DNA of 64,000 nucleotides from Haliotis rufescens (lineage: Eukaryota), in the NCBI RefSeq assembly GCF_023055435.1, contig NW_025964369.1, positions 496,001-560,000 of the forward strand, in the 5' to 3' direction. This document shows, one piece after another, positions 1 to 9,079 of the stretch (its first letter is position 1; every line of letters begins with the position of its first letter). A program made the position numbers and the translations under genes. The notes beneath the pieces are model-generated. The model was not told where the DNA came from and made no database searches. It was given only the letters and a program-made list of their open reading frames with translations.

Positions 1-107
1 CCCAGTGGCAAATCATTTAGTTTATAGTGAGAGTGAGAGAGTTTAGCTCCTGTCCATCATGTTATATATCTATGAATGTCTTGTACATAAAACGTCTTCA
101 TCATGCT

Positions 108-1280
108 AAAAAGAACATTCAGTAAAAGAACATTTCAATACACAAACACTTTCAATGTAATACAATATTTCAACACACAAACGCGATCAAAGTATAACAA
201 CATTTCAGCACATAAACGTGTTAAAATCAAAACAAGATTTCAATACATCAACAAATCAATTAAACCAAAATTTCAACACACACAGACCTTCAAAGTAAAA
301 CAAATGTCAACACGCGTTCAAAGTGTAAAAAAAGGTTCAGCACACAAACACATTAAGGTAAAACATTTCAAGGCACAAACATGTTCAAAGTACAAAAACC
401 TTTCAACACACAAACACGTTCAATGTCATACAATATTTCAAGCACGAAAAGGCGTCAAAGTAAAACATGTCTACGCAAAAAAACGATTTCAAAATACAAG
501 GATTTAACAGACACAGACGTTCAAAGTAAATTTACATTTCAATCCTAAAACACGTTCAACGTAAAACAGTTCAGCACACAAACACATTAAAAGTAAAACA
601 ACATTTCAACATATAAACATGTTCAAAGTGCAAATCATTTCAACACACAAACACGTTCAATGTCATACAATAGTTCAAGCACAAAAAGGTGTCAAAGTAA
701 AACATGTCAACACACAAACGCTTTCAAAATACAAGAATTTAACACACACAGACGTTCAGAAGTAAAGCTACATTTCAAACACGTTCAACGTAAAACAGTT
801 CAGCACACAAACACATTAAAAGTAAAACAACATTTAAAGACACGAATACGTTCAAAGCAAAACAACATTTCAACACACAAACACGTTCAAAGTAAAAGAA
901 CATTTTAAGACACAAACACGTTCAGAGGAAACCAACCATTCAATACACAAGCACTTTCAAAGAAGAACAACATTTCAATACACAAAAACGTTCAAAGTAA
1001 AACAACATTTCAATACACAAACACGTTCAAAGTAAAACAATATTTCAATGAACAAACACGTTCAAAGTAAAACAACAATTCAATACACAAACACTTTCAA
1101 AGAAGAACAACATTTCAATACACACAGACATTCAATGTAAAACATTTCAACACACAAACACGTTCAAAGTAAAACATCATTTCAACACACACAGACATTC
1201 AAAGTAAAATATCATTTCAACACACAAACACGTTCAATGTAACGTAATATTTCAATCACAAATACGTTCAAAGTAATCCA
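108..1280. repeat. 35-bp A/C-rich minisatellite (cacgttcaaagtaaaacaacatttcaacacacaaa), unit 1
   Basis: acgttcaa recurs at 988, 1023, 1058; each monomer has two TTCAA-cored halves. Confidence 0.92.
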
Positions 1281-1777
1281 ACAGTAAAAGAAATGGTCGA
1301 ACCCTTTCCATTTAGTTTCTTTTAAATTGAAAGCAAGATCATGATTTTTATGAATGTTTATTATTTCTTCTCGTTGATATATTGCGGAATTGTACAGAAG
1401 CCGTAAATATTATCAGATTCACTCACTGGTCAATCACATCCAAACTTCCCCATTGCCTGCGATAGGATCTAAATAGTTAATTGAATAATAGGTCAGCTGA
1501 AGCAACTCCACGTAGCAATTATTGCTTGATTAATTAATTGAAGGAGATTATATTTTAACCTTTATAGTTAGAAAACTTGTTTGGAAACTATATAAAACCG
1601 ACAGTGTGTCACTAATTTTGATAGATAATGTTACATACTTGCATGGTCAAGTATGACGTGGGTTTGACCGCCAAGATCGATTAGGTGTGTATGATAAATG
1701 TTGCCGTAGGTTAGGAAGAATGACGAAAGGTGTGCTCCAGGAAATTAGAAACAAGGAGTGGTTTTACACGCAGCATG

Positions 1778-1892
1778 GTGACATGCATGTCACGTGATAA
1801 CTGCACGTGTATATATTACCCTGGCAGAGTTGTATCTTTCCACTTCGATATCAAGTCATTCTTCGTCGACCCATCTACAGTCGTAGGTAAGT
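1778..1892 (+). promoter_or_regulatory. Putative core promoter and non-coding exon 1 (~1842-1886); equivalent TATA at 10889, 20109, 29649, 38978, 48313, 57975
   Basis: Palindrome GTGACATGCATGTCAC (1778-1793), E-boxes TCACGTGA (1790-1797) and CACGTG (1804-1809), TATATATT at 1810, Inr-like tttccactt about 30 nt downstream, consensus donor AG|GTAAGT at 1887. The coding exon opens with an acceptor, so an upstream exon is needed. Confidence 0.7.
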
Positions 1893-1953
1893 GCGCGTCC
1901 TAACATTCTGACATGTCATTTGCTTATTCATTTGCACTTTTTTCTTTTAGTTC

Positions 1954-2060
1954 CTTTCGATTCCCGACATGGGTACAATGTGAGAAGCTCATTTCTGCTG
2001 TTCCCCGCCGTGATATTGCTGGAATATTGCTACAAGCGGCTTCAAACCATACTCACTCAC
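1954..2060 (+). mobile_element. 5'-truncated SINE in the 5' region of the gene (all units)
   Basis: 11-bp TSD tcttttagttc (1943-1953 / 2061-2071), (ACTC)n tail; matches the 3' half of the element at 63208-63369. Confidence 0.85.
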
Positions 2061-2324
2061 TCTTTTAGTTCTCAAAAACACAACGTGATTGTGAGTGAAA
2101 CCATGCTAAATAAACAACTGTTAGACGTGAGAGTTAACCGAGGTTCCTTGGTCTGATATTTGGGTTGCAAATTTTGCTTTATGCTAGCTGGATTTGATAT
2201 TAATTTAAAGGTTTAAGACAGAGTGTGCATTAACTGTAATGATCATATTGAAGATGAAATACATGTTTTATTCCAATGTCCACTATACGATGATCTAAGA
2301 TCTACATTATTTACAAGTATAACG

Positions 2325-2373
2325 TGACTGGAATACTATTAAAAGCGGTGTTAAACCCAACTCACTCACTCAC
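2325..2373 (+). mobile_element. 49-bp retroposon tail fragment (deleted in unit 4)
   Basis: 13-bp TSD tacaagtataacg (2312-2324 / 2374-2386); same tail as the SINE at 7307. Confidence 0.85.
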
Positions 2374-2717
2374 TACAAGTATAACGGCTAAAATGTCCAA
2401 CTCTGTAAACGGGTCAAACAATGAGTCATGGTTTAAACATGAGGAATATGTCACTGCCAACACCTGCTTTTTAATATTACAACGCAAAAAGCTATTTCTA
2501 TATGGGTAAAACATTTTTATCTGTATAAATCATCCTGTTTTGTCTATCGTCTCTCATAACTTTATATAAATGGTATGTATTATTATTTGTATGTATAAAC
2601 GTCTAATTTATGCATGTTATTTTATGATGTACAGCAGTCAGACGAATATAAGATATATGTGTGTCTGTCTTCGTTCAAGTCGCGTTGAACACAACTCAGC
2701 CACTCATGATCTCTCTA

Positions 2718-2893
2718 CAGTAAAGTACGGTTATAACGAGCTCAAAGGGACTACTACTTCTAGTTCGTTATAACCGTAGTTCGTTATAAGCATATATACA
2801 GCATAACTACAGCAATTAGTCGGGACCAAAAAAGTAACTTCGTTATATACGTCAGCTCGTTATAAGCGTGTTCGTTATAACCGTAGTGTACTC
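2718..2893. mobile_element. 176-bp MITE (pogo/Tigger-like) in the intron; also 11799-11974, 20977-21152, 30435-30610, 39829-40004, 49183-49358, 58832-59007
   Basis: TA|CAGTAAAGTACGGTTATAACGA ... TCGTTATAACCGTAGTGTACTC|TA: imperfect TIRs, TA TSD, internal TTCGTTATA repeats. Confidence 0.85.
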
Positions 2894-3525
2894 TATTCTA
2901 ATTGACCTTGAATGAAGACTGATGTATTCACTTGCCATGCTGGACTGTGCCAATGGTGTTTTCTGGATCTGTTTCTATTCTGCCTTTATTTATAAATGAA
3001 CTTATATCACAAATCAAGGGAAACTGTGATAGATGCGTTCAGTTTCATCTTAAACTATCTAAATATTCATATTCTATGCATTGGTGATATAATCCTATTT
3101 ACAATTTAAAACGTCAACAATAGAGAATAACCAACCTCGATAATCTGGCGAAACATTTTCCATATGGCGTAAAAGGCAGAATGGTCATGCTAGTAGGGCA
3201 TCAACCCAAGAAACCAAGATGTTAGTTTGAAAGTTAGAAAGTTATTTCGATAATGTAAAACCTTGAAACGTAAATTCTGCCTACCTAACACACAGGAACG
3301 GTTCACCACTACTTGTATGTTCTAAAATGAAGTTTAGGTTTTGCCAAATCTTGCAAAATATAACCCGAAATCTCAATCCGAACAGAATATGTAAAGTTCT
3401 ACGTGTGCTTCATTAAAACGGAATGTATTTACAATTTACGTTAATTTCAGAATCGTATGAATTAGCACGCTTTTTTTAAATAGTTAATATCAATGATACC
3501 AATTATTTTCCAGCAAGCCAGCACC

Positions 3526-4241
3526 ATGAACTCCGTCATTGTCTTGGTAGCATGCCTGGTGGCGGCCGCTGTCGCCGAGCCTATTGGCTACAGTAAGGGT
3601 CTTTACGGTGGATTTGGAGGATTAGGAGGAGGATTGGGATATGGTGGACTTGGAGGATACGGATTAGGCCTCGGACTTGGAGGATTTGGAGGACTTGGAG
3701 GATACGGAGGACTTGGATACGGAGGACTTGGAGGATTCGGAGGACTTGGAGGATACGGAGGACTTGGAGGATACGGAGGACTTGGAGGATTTGGAGGAAT
3801 TGGAGGATACGGAGGACTTGGATACGGAGGTCTTGGATACGGAGGACTCGGAGGGTTTGGAGGAATCGGAGGTTTTGGAAAATATGGTAGGTGGCACTTT
3901 AGTCGCCTTGATGAATTTACTGAATTTCCAAGTTATGCTTACACTGTACATGTACAAGTATGTCTTACACCACAATGCAGATACATCTTCATGGCCACTT
4001 CAGATGACTACAATATAACTGTTACATGGAGCATGTTCTGTCCAAACAATCCCATTGATCGCACAGAAAAGAACATATTTTAACATGTAAGTCAGGTTAT
4101 TCTCCCTTTGAACGTTGCTGCTCCAGACGTGGTCCAACAGATCGTCTGTTAGAGTTGCAGGTGCAGACACAATCCCGAAGCAGTTAAATAACTGATTGTC
4201 ATACTTTACCAATCTTTTCTTTCTTTTCAGGACATTATTAA
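3526..4241 (+). CDS. Secreted glycine-rich (GGL/GGY/GGF) structural protein, copy 1, 123 aa; join(3526..3886,4231..4241)
   Basis: Acceptor ttttccag ends 3513, then gcaccATG. Signal peptide MNSVIVLVACLVAAAVA. Donor G|GTAGGT at 3887; acceptor tcttttctttcttttcag ends 4230, then GA CAT TAT TAA giving ...GKYGHY*. AATAAA at 4345. Mature chain has 62 Gly in 106 residues. Confidence 0.9.
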
Positions 4242-4344
4242 TCTAACAACCTGACGATGTTGATAAAGACGATGAACGTGCACCACCAGACACGTTTGTA
4301 TATATAGCCTTCTGAATGTATGAACTGTGATGACGTCGACCTTG

Positions 4345-4350
4345 AATAAA
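4345..4350 (+). terminator. Polyadenylation signal AATAAA (present in all seven copies)
   Basis: About 100 nt after the stop codon in each copy. Confidence 0.75.
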
Positions 4351-4639
4351 GCGCGCATGCAACATGAAACCTTCTAGTTCTTCCTTAAAACTTCCATTAC
4401 GTACAATAAGGTGCAGAGAGGTTCCAAGAATCATATTTTTTTTTTTTTTTATGTTGGTGCTGTGCAGTGTTCCTGCAATGTTCCTGCTATACGACGACAA
4501 ACCTATAAATAATCGAGCCTTGACCAGACAATGCATCATGTCATCATAATCATATGTGCTATTTCCCACCTTAATATCATATAAAACACGAGCCAACGAA
4601 ATTCACAACAATGATGGAAGCAGATGAAACTCTATTACA

Positions 4640-5875
4640 GCATTTTCACTGAAAATAGTTATCACAGCTAATTGGAAACTTGGGATAATACCTGATCAGA
4701 ACATTTTGATTTATAACAAGTGTCATTGCAAATTGGACGTTTGGGATAAAACCTCATAGCCACAGTTTTACTTCTAACAAGTGCCACTGCAAATTGGACG
4801 CTTAGGATTAAATCCAATGAGAGCATTGTAACTTATAAAAAGTGTCACTGTAAGTTGGACACTTGGGATAATACCCCACAAGAGCATTTATTCTCAGAAC
4901 ATGAGATACAATTATATACAATTTTTAATCTGTACAAAATTACAGCAGTTAACAAGAATAATAGAATTGGAATACGTTGTTTCTACTACAATTTACAAAT
5001 TGTAATATACACATGTTGAAGGAATTTAGATAGGCCTTTCAGATCTCTTACACTGTTAGTGGTCAAAGGTTTCTTAAGACAGGTTTGAAAACATAAGATA
5101 TTGTTTATTTTAGAGTATCGCTTTTGGAGAAAAGAGTCCCATCGATATATTTATGATGAAATGAAGCGACAAAAGCCTTTCTTTATCAAATAGAAATCTC
5201 TGCACAAAGCTGAGTCGATTGTACGGTTGTGACTGTCATGAGCATGTGTTTATGAATCACCATCAAATATTAATGACACCTGTCACAAACACATGCAAAG
5301 GCAGGTCAATTGTTCACCTGAAAAAGCACAGGAACATATGGTACAGGTAAAAATAGGGAATTCCATTGGACATCATTTGTGTCACTGATGCGTCAAATTT
5401 GGAAGAGTGGATGGTCTTCCCTGGGAATGTTCCGCCATCGACCAGTTTTAACGGGTAATATATGATTAGTAGTTCTGAATTTTAATATAGAGTGAAATAT
5501 TGATTTTGAGAGCAATATCTATTTCTCAAATGAAGGTTGATTATTCATGTACTTGCAGTACTTAGTATGAGGCACACTTCTTTATGAATAGTGTACATGT
5601 ATTTGTAAAGTATTTGGGACGGTTTATGATACACTTCTGTTGAAGCAAGCTTATGCCAAAAGGAATGACACGTTTATAAAAGCCGATAACTGTATTTTAT
5701 TTGATAAACAGTGTTACAGCAAATTGGACTAGTTAAAAAAGTTCTTTGAGAGCATTTTAACTGATAACAAGTGTCAAAGCGAATTGGACGCTTGAAACGA
5801 AACCAAACAACAGCATATTAACTGACAACAAATGTCACAGCAAAATGGACACTACGGATAAAACCACAACAGCTT
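4640..5875. repeat. Degenerate ~61-bp minisatellite in two blocks (4640-4890, 5690-5875), units 1-6
   Basis: Monomer agcattttaactgataacaagtgtcac.gcaaattggacgcttgggataaaacc...; starts at 4700, 4761, 4822, 4883. Confidence 0.8.
5340..5575 (-). mobile_element. LINE ORF2 C-terminal relic (CR1/L2-group-like); equivalents near 14430-14665, 24630-24865, 33050-33286, 42460-42695, 52840-53072
   Basis: Translation FEKY...ILKFRTTNHILPVKTGRWRNIPRE resembles the KFRxxxHxLxIETGRW motif that precedes the zinc knuckle in these LINEs; degenerate afterwards. Confidence 0.7.
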
Positions 5876-5954
5876 AGACGCATATGATCTTTTGCAACGT
5901 GCTGGTGACTCAGTAAACCCACATGGCCGCAAATCATTTGGCACATAAGAAAGT

Positions 5955-5990
<36 letters not shown>
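5955..5990. repeat. G36 run; mixed G/(GT)n at 15040-15120 and 43074-43155, Ns at 33666-33855
   Basis: Direct reading. Confidence 0.95.
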
Positions 5991-5991
<1 letters not shown>

Positions 5992-6633
5992 GATGATGAC
6001 AGTGGGTACTGGGTGGTATACAGGTCTTATATTTCCCTTGATGCTTACAACAACCGTCATCGTGGTGTGTTGCACAGCTTAACAATACACGACCACTATT
6101 ACATCAACATTATAATATTATAATCATTGGAATTTAAAAAGCAAACTGCTATTGAACGGCATCTTTTACATCCTCATTCCAAACACAGAGTTATCATAAT
6201 CATCATATCAGATATTGCCCATGTTTACATCATATAGAACACGGGCCAACGAAAGTCACAAGAATGATCAAACCAGATGGAAGTACAGAATAGTATTTTA
6301 ACTGACAAGTATCACGGCATATTGGACTGATATTGGACCCCATAGGAGCATTTTAACTTGGTGGGTGGTGTAAGGAGCTTATGTTTCCTTGATGCTTACA
6401 ACAAACGTTATCTAGGCGTGTTCCATAGCCTCTTGTCAAAGCTTAAGAATACATAACTTCTATCGTATCAACATTATAATAGTATATGCTATTTTTGGAA
6501 TTAAAAAAGCAAACTGCAATGGAAAAGAATCCTTTGCATCCTCATTCCAAACACATTTGACCCTCTGACCGTCTCTCATCTTCCTGCTCGTCACATGTAG
6601 GGGTAGCCTAGTGGTAACTCATATAGCCTTGCC

Positions 6634-7255
6634 TTGCATTTTGACTCGGATACTGAGGACTCGGATACGGAGGACTTAGAGGACTACGATACTGAGGACT
6701 TCGTTACGGAGGATTTGGAAAAGGAGATCTTGGATAAGGAGGACTTGGTAACTAAGGACATGGAGGATTTGAGGACTGGGATACGGAGTACATGGACACG
6801 GAGTATTCGGAGGACTGGGATACGGAGTACTTGGATACGGAGTACTTGGAGGACTGGGATACGGAGTACTTGGATACGGAGTACTTGGATACGGAGTACT
6901 TGGATACGGAGTATTTGGAGGACTGGGTTACGGAGGACTTGGACAAACTTGAAGGACTTTGATAGGGAAGTTCCGGATACGGAGGATTCGGATACGGAGA
7001 AATCGCATACGGAGGACTTTGAGGACTTTGATACGATGACTCGAATACGGATGGCTTTTCAGGATTTCAGGGGTGTCAGGACTCGGTTGAGGACTTGGAC
7101 ACAGATGACTTTGAAGATTCGGACGTCTTGGGGGATTCGGAGGTTTGCGAAAATACAGTAGCTGATACTATGATCGCCTAATAGATGTATTAACTCTCAT
7201 TCAGCATGTTATCTACACTAGTGCTGGCATGTTTCACACACAAATTCAGATAGAT
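6634..7255 (+). pseudogene. Decayed paralogous Gly-rich exon plus start of its intron (unit 1)
   Basis: GGA-TAC-GGA-GGA-CTT repeats with many stops and frameshifts in the Gly frame. The end (ggaggtttg.gaaaatacagtagctgatactatgatcgcc) matches the live exon/intron boundary (ggaggttttggaaaatatggtaggtgacactgtagtcgcc). Confidence 0.8.
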
Positions 7256-7283
7256 TTGAATACATCAGAATACAATGTATGTT

Positions 7284-8138
7284 CGAGGGGCGTTCAATGA
7301 GTTTTGTGGGGACACGGGTGGCCCAGTCGTCTAGGGCGCCGCGATTCGCTGTGCAGAGTTGCGTCCCTTGGGCACGCCAGAAACCTATGATTGTGGGTTC
7401 GAATCCCGGTTCGCCCCAATTATGTTTCTAGGTTTGTCAGCACCATACCCGTGCTCGTGGGTTTCACCGAAGTGGTTAACGTCTTAGACCTGCATCACTT
7501 CCGGCTTTCCTCCCACACTAAGCTGACACGCCGTGATATAACTGGAATAATGTTAAAAGCGGCGTTAAACCCAACTCACTCACTCAATAAGTTTTGCAAC
7601 TTGGGCATTTGTGTATACACAAACAATGTCAACTTGTGGCAGGTGTGACACTAGACATAACATCAGGTTGACAGGTGTCATAACAAGTTCCAGACACAAC
7701 ACTTAGTTAGATGTTATGGCTTCATTCACCTAAGGGTGGTCACAATCATGGATTCTCTCAAACATGAACAACGCGCTGTAATAAAGTTCCTTACCAAGGA
7801 GGGATGCAAAGCAAAAGAAATCCATATGTGAATTATGTGGATGTCGATTCGAACAGTTAAATCACACACCCTACAGCCCAGACTTAGCCCCCAGTGACTA
7901 TTTCCTGTTCCAGCAAATGAAATCTGCCCTACGTGGAAGATGCTTCCAGGATGACGAGGACATAAAGGCTGCCACAGAGGCGTGGTTAGAGGGCCAATCT
8001 GTGGATTTCTATAAAAGTGGTATTAAAATCTTGAAGGATAAACGGAATAAGTGTATTGAGGTGAATGGAGATTATATTGAAAAATAAAAGTGCAAAAGAT
8101 ATTCTGCGACTTGGTCTTATATTGAAGTTACAAAACTT
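7284..8138 (+). mobile_element. Internally deleted mariner (Tc1/mariner) transposon, unit 1
   Basis: Left TIR cgaggggcgttcaatRagttttgcaactt, split by a SINE. N-terminus MDSLKHEQRAVIKFLTKEGCKAKEIH from 7748 is joined out of frame to C-terminus HTPYSPDLAPSDYFLF...KCIEVNGDYIEK* (YSPDLAPSD at 7872-7898, stop 8087). The right TIR aagttacaaaactt runs into the N-run. Confidence 0.93.
7307..7583 (+). mobile_element. tRNA-derived SINE, about 277 bp, inside the mariner left TIR; also 16613-16889, 26504-26779, 35327-35603, 44647-44923, 54916-55192
   Basis: A-box-like tggcccagtcgtctagg, B box GGTTCGAATCC (7396-7406), tail ...aaagcggcgttaaacccaactcactcac, 13-bp TSD tcaatRagttttg (7294-7306 / 7584-7596). 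Confidence 0.88.
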
Positions 8139-8352
8139 NNNNNNNNNNNNNNNNNNNNNNNNNNNNNNNNNNNNNNNNNNNNNNNNNNNNNNNNNNNNNN
8201 NNNNNNNNNNNNNNNNNNNNNNNNNNNNNNNNNNNNNNNNNNNNNNNNNNNNNNNNNNNNNNNNNNNNNNNNNNNNNNNNNNNNNNNNNNNNNNNNNNNN
8301 NNNNNNNNNNNNNNNNNNNNNNNNNNNNNNNNNNNNNNNNNNNNNNNNNNNN
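8139..8352. other. N-run at a fixed unit position; also 17443-17678, 26850-27053, 36157-36440, 45479-45726, 55257-55522
   Basis: 204-284 Ns, always ending just before (ga)caccagttga. Confidence 0.97.
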
Positions 8353-9079
8353 GACACCAGTTGAGCAGCTCAAATGATGATAACAATTACTAGGTATTCA
8401 CAAGCATGACAACTGCTCTACCGTAGTCACACCGGCAAGCGCACGGGTTCAGATCGGGAAAAGGGTCAGTGTAAGGACGGGTGCTGCTGGCGAGTAACCG
8501 GAGTGTGGTTCTTTATACAGGCGGGAACCGAGCAATACAAACAATTTATGGTTCCAATACAGTTCCCAGATATATTGTCTTACCCTTAATCAATAAACAC
8601 TGAACCCGGAGATGAGCGTCATAATATATATAAGTGTCGGCATGACGTGAAGCAGAATATTATCAGTATATTAAATCTTCAAACTATCAGATTTGGCAGA
8701 TTGCGGGTATTTTTAATGTAATCGTCATTGGCGTTTGTCGCGTGGGCCTGAGACCCAATGCCGCGAGCACTGAGCTTTTGAAAATGTGCGTAACAAAATA
8801 CAACTAACTCGGCAACCAGAGGGTTAACTGGCTTCATTTTGGTACATGTTGATACCTAGTAACCAAAGCTCATATGTCCTCATTAACCTTAAAGCCCTAA
8901 GGCTTCGCTACACGCGCCAAAATATGCAAGTTGACAAGTTCCCTTTGGGCCATCAGTTAAAACACTTCCCTCCCCAGTGGCAAATCATTTAGTTTATAGT
9001 GAGAGTGAGAGAGTTTAGCTCCTGTCCATCATGTTATATATCTATGAATGTCTTGTACATAAAACGTCTTCATCATGCT

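Noticed and set aside
103-908. Lys/His/Thr/Gln-rich ORFs
   Set aside because: Translations of the 35-bp minisatellite; stops and frames differ between units.
108-1280. CRISPR-like regular repeats
   Set aside because: Contiguous degenerate monomers with no unique spacers, no cas genes, eukaryotic context.
3664-4018. Overlapping Asp/Glu-rich (+) and Ser/Lys-rich (-) ORFs on the live exon
   Set aside because: Automatic shadows of GGA-GGA-CTT repeats. The acidic one starts at TTG, and its upstream in-frame ATG meets a TAG within 9 codons.
3493-4083. Unspliced 192-198 aa ORFs starting MIPIIFQQ with a WYFSRL...IF tail
   Set aside because: The first ATG lies upstream of a splice acceptor, and the tail is intron sequence that is stopped at once in copies 3 and 6.
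3526-4241. Naming the gene shematrin, suckerin, keratin-associated or chorion protein
   Set aside because: Similarity is compositional only; there is no RKKKY-type tail, Ala/His-rich module or Cys-containing domain, so no symbol is assigned.
7307-7420. tRNA gene
   Set aside because: A and B boxes are present, but the sequence continues into a SINE body and tail, is flanked by a TSD and shows no convincing cloverleaf.
7748-8087. Functional or domesticated transposase
   Set aside because: Most of the ORF is deleted, the two ends are out of frame, stops occur in some copies, and it is not visible in type B units.
7986-8386. ORFs spanning N-runs
   Set aside because: Artefacts of translating N as X.
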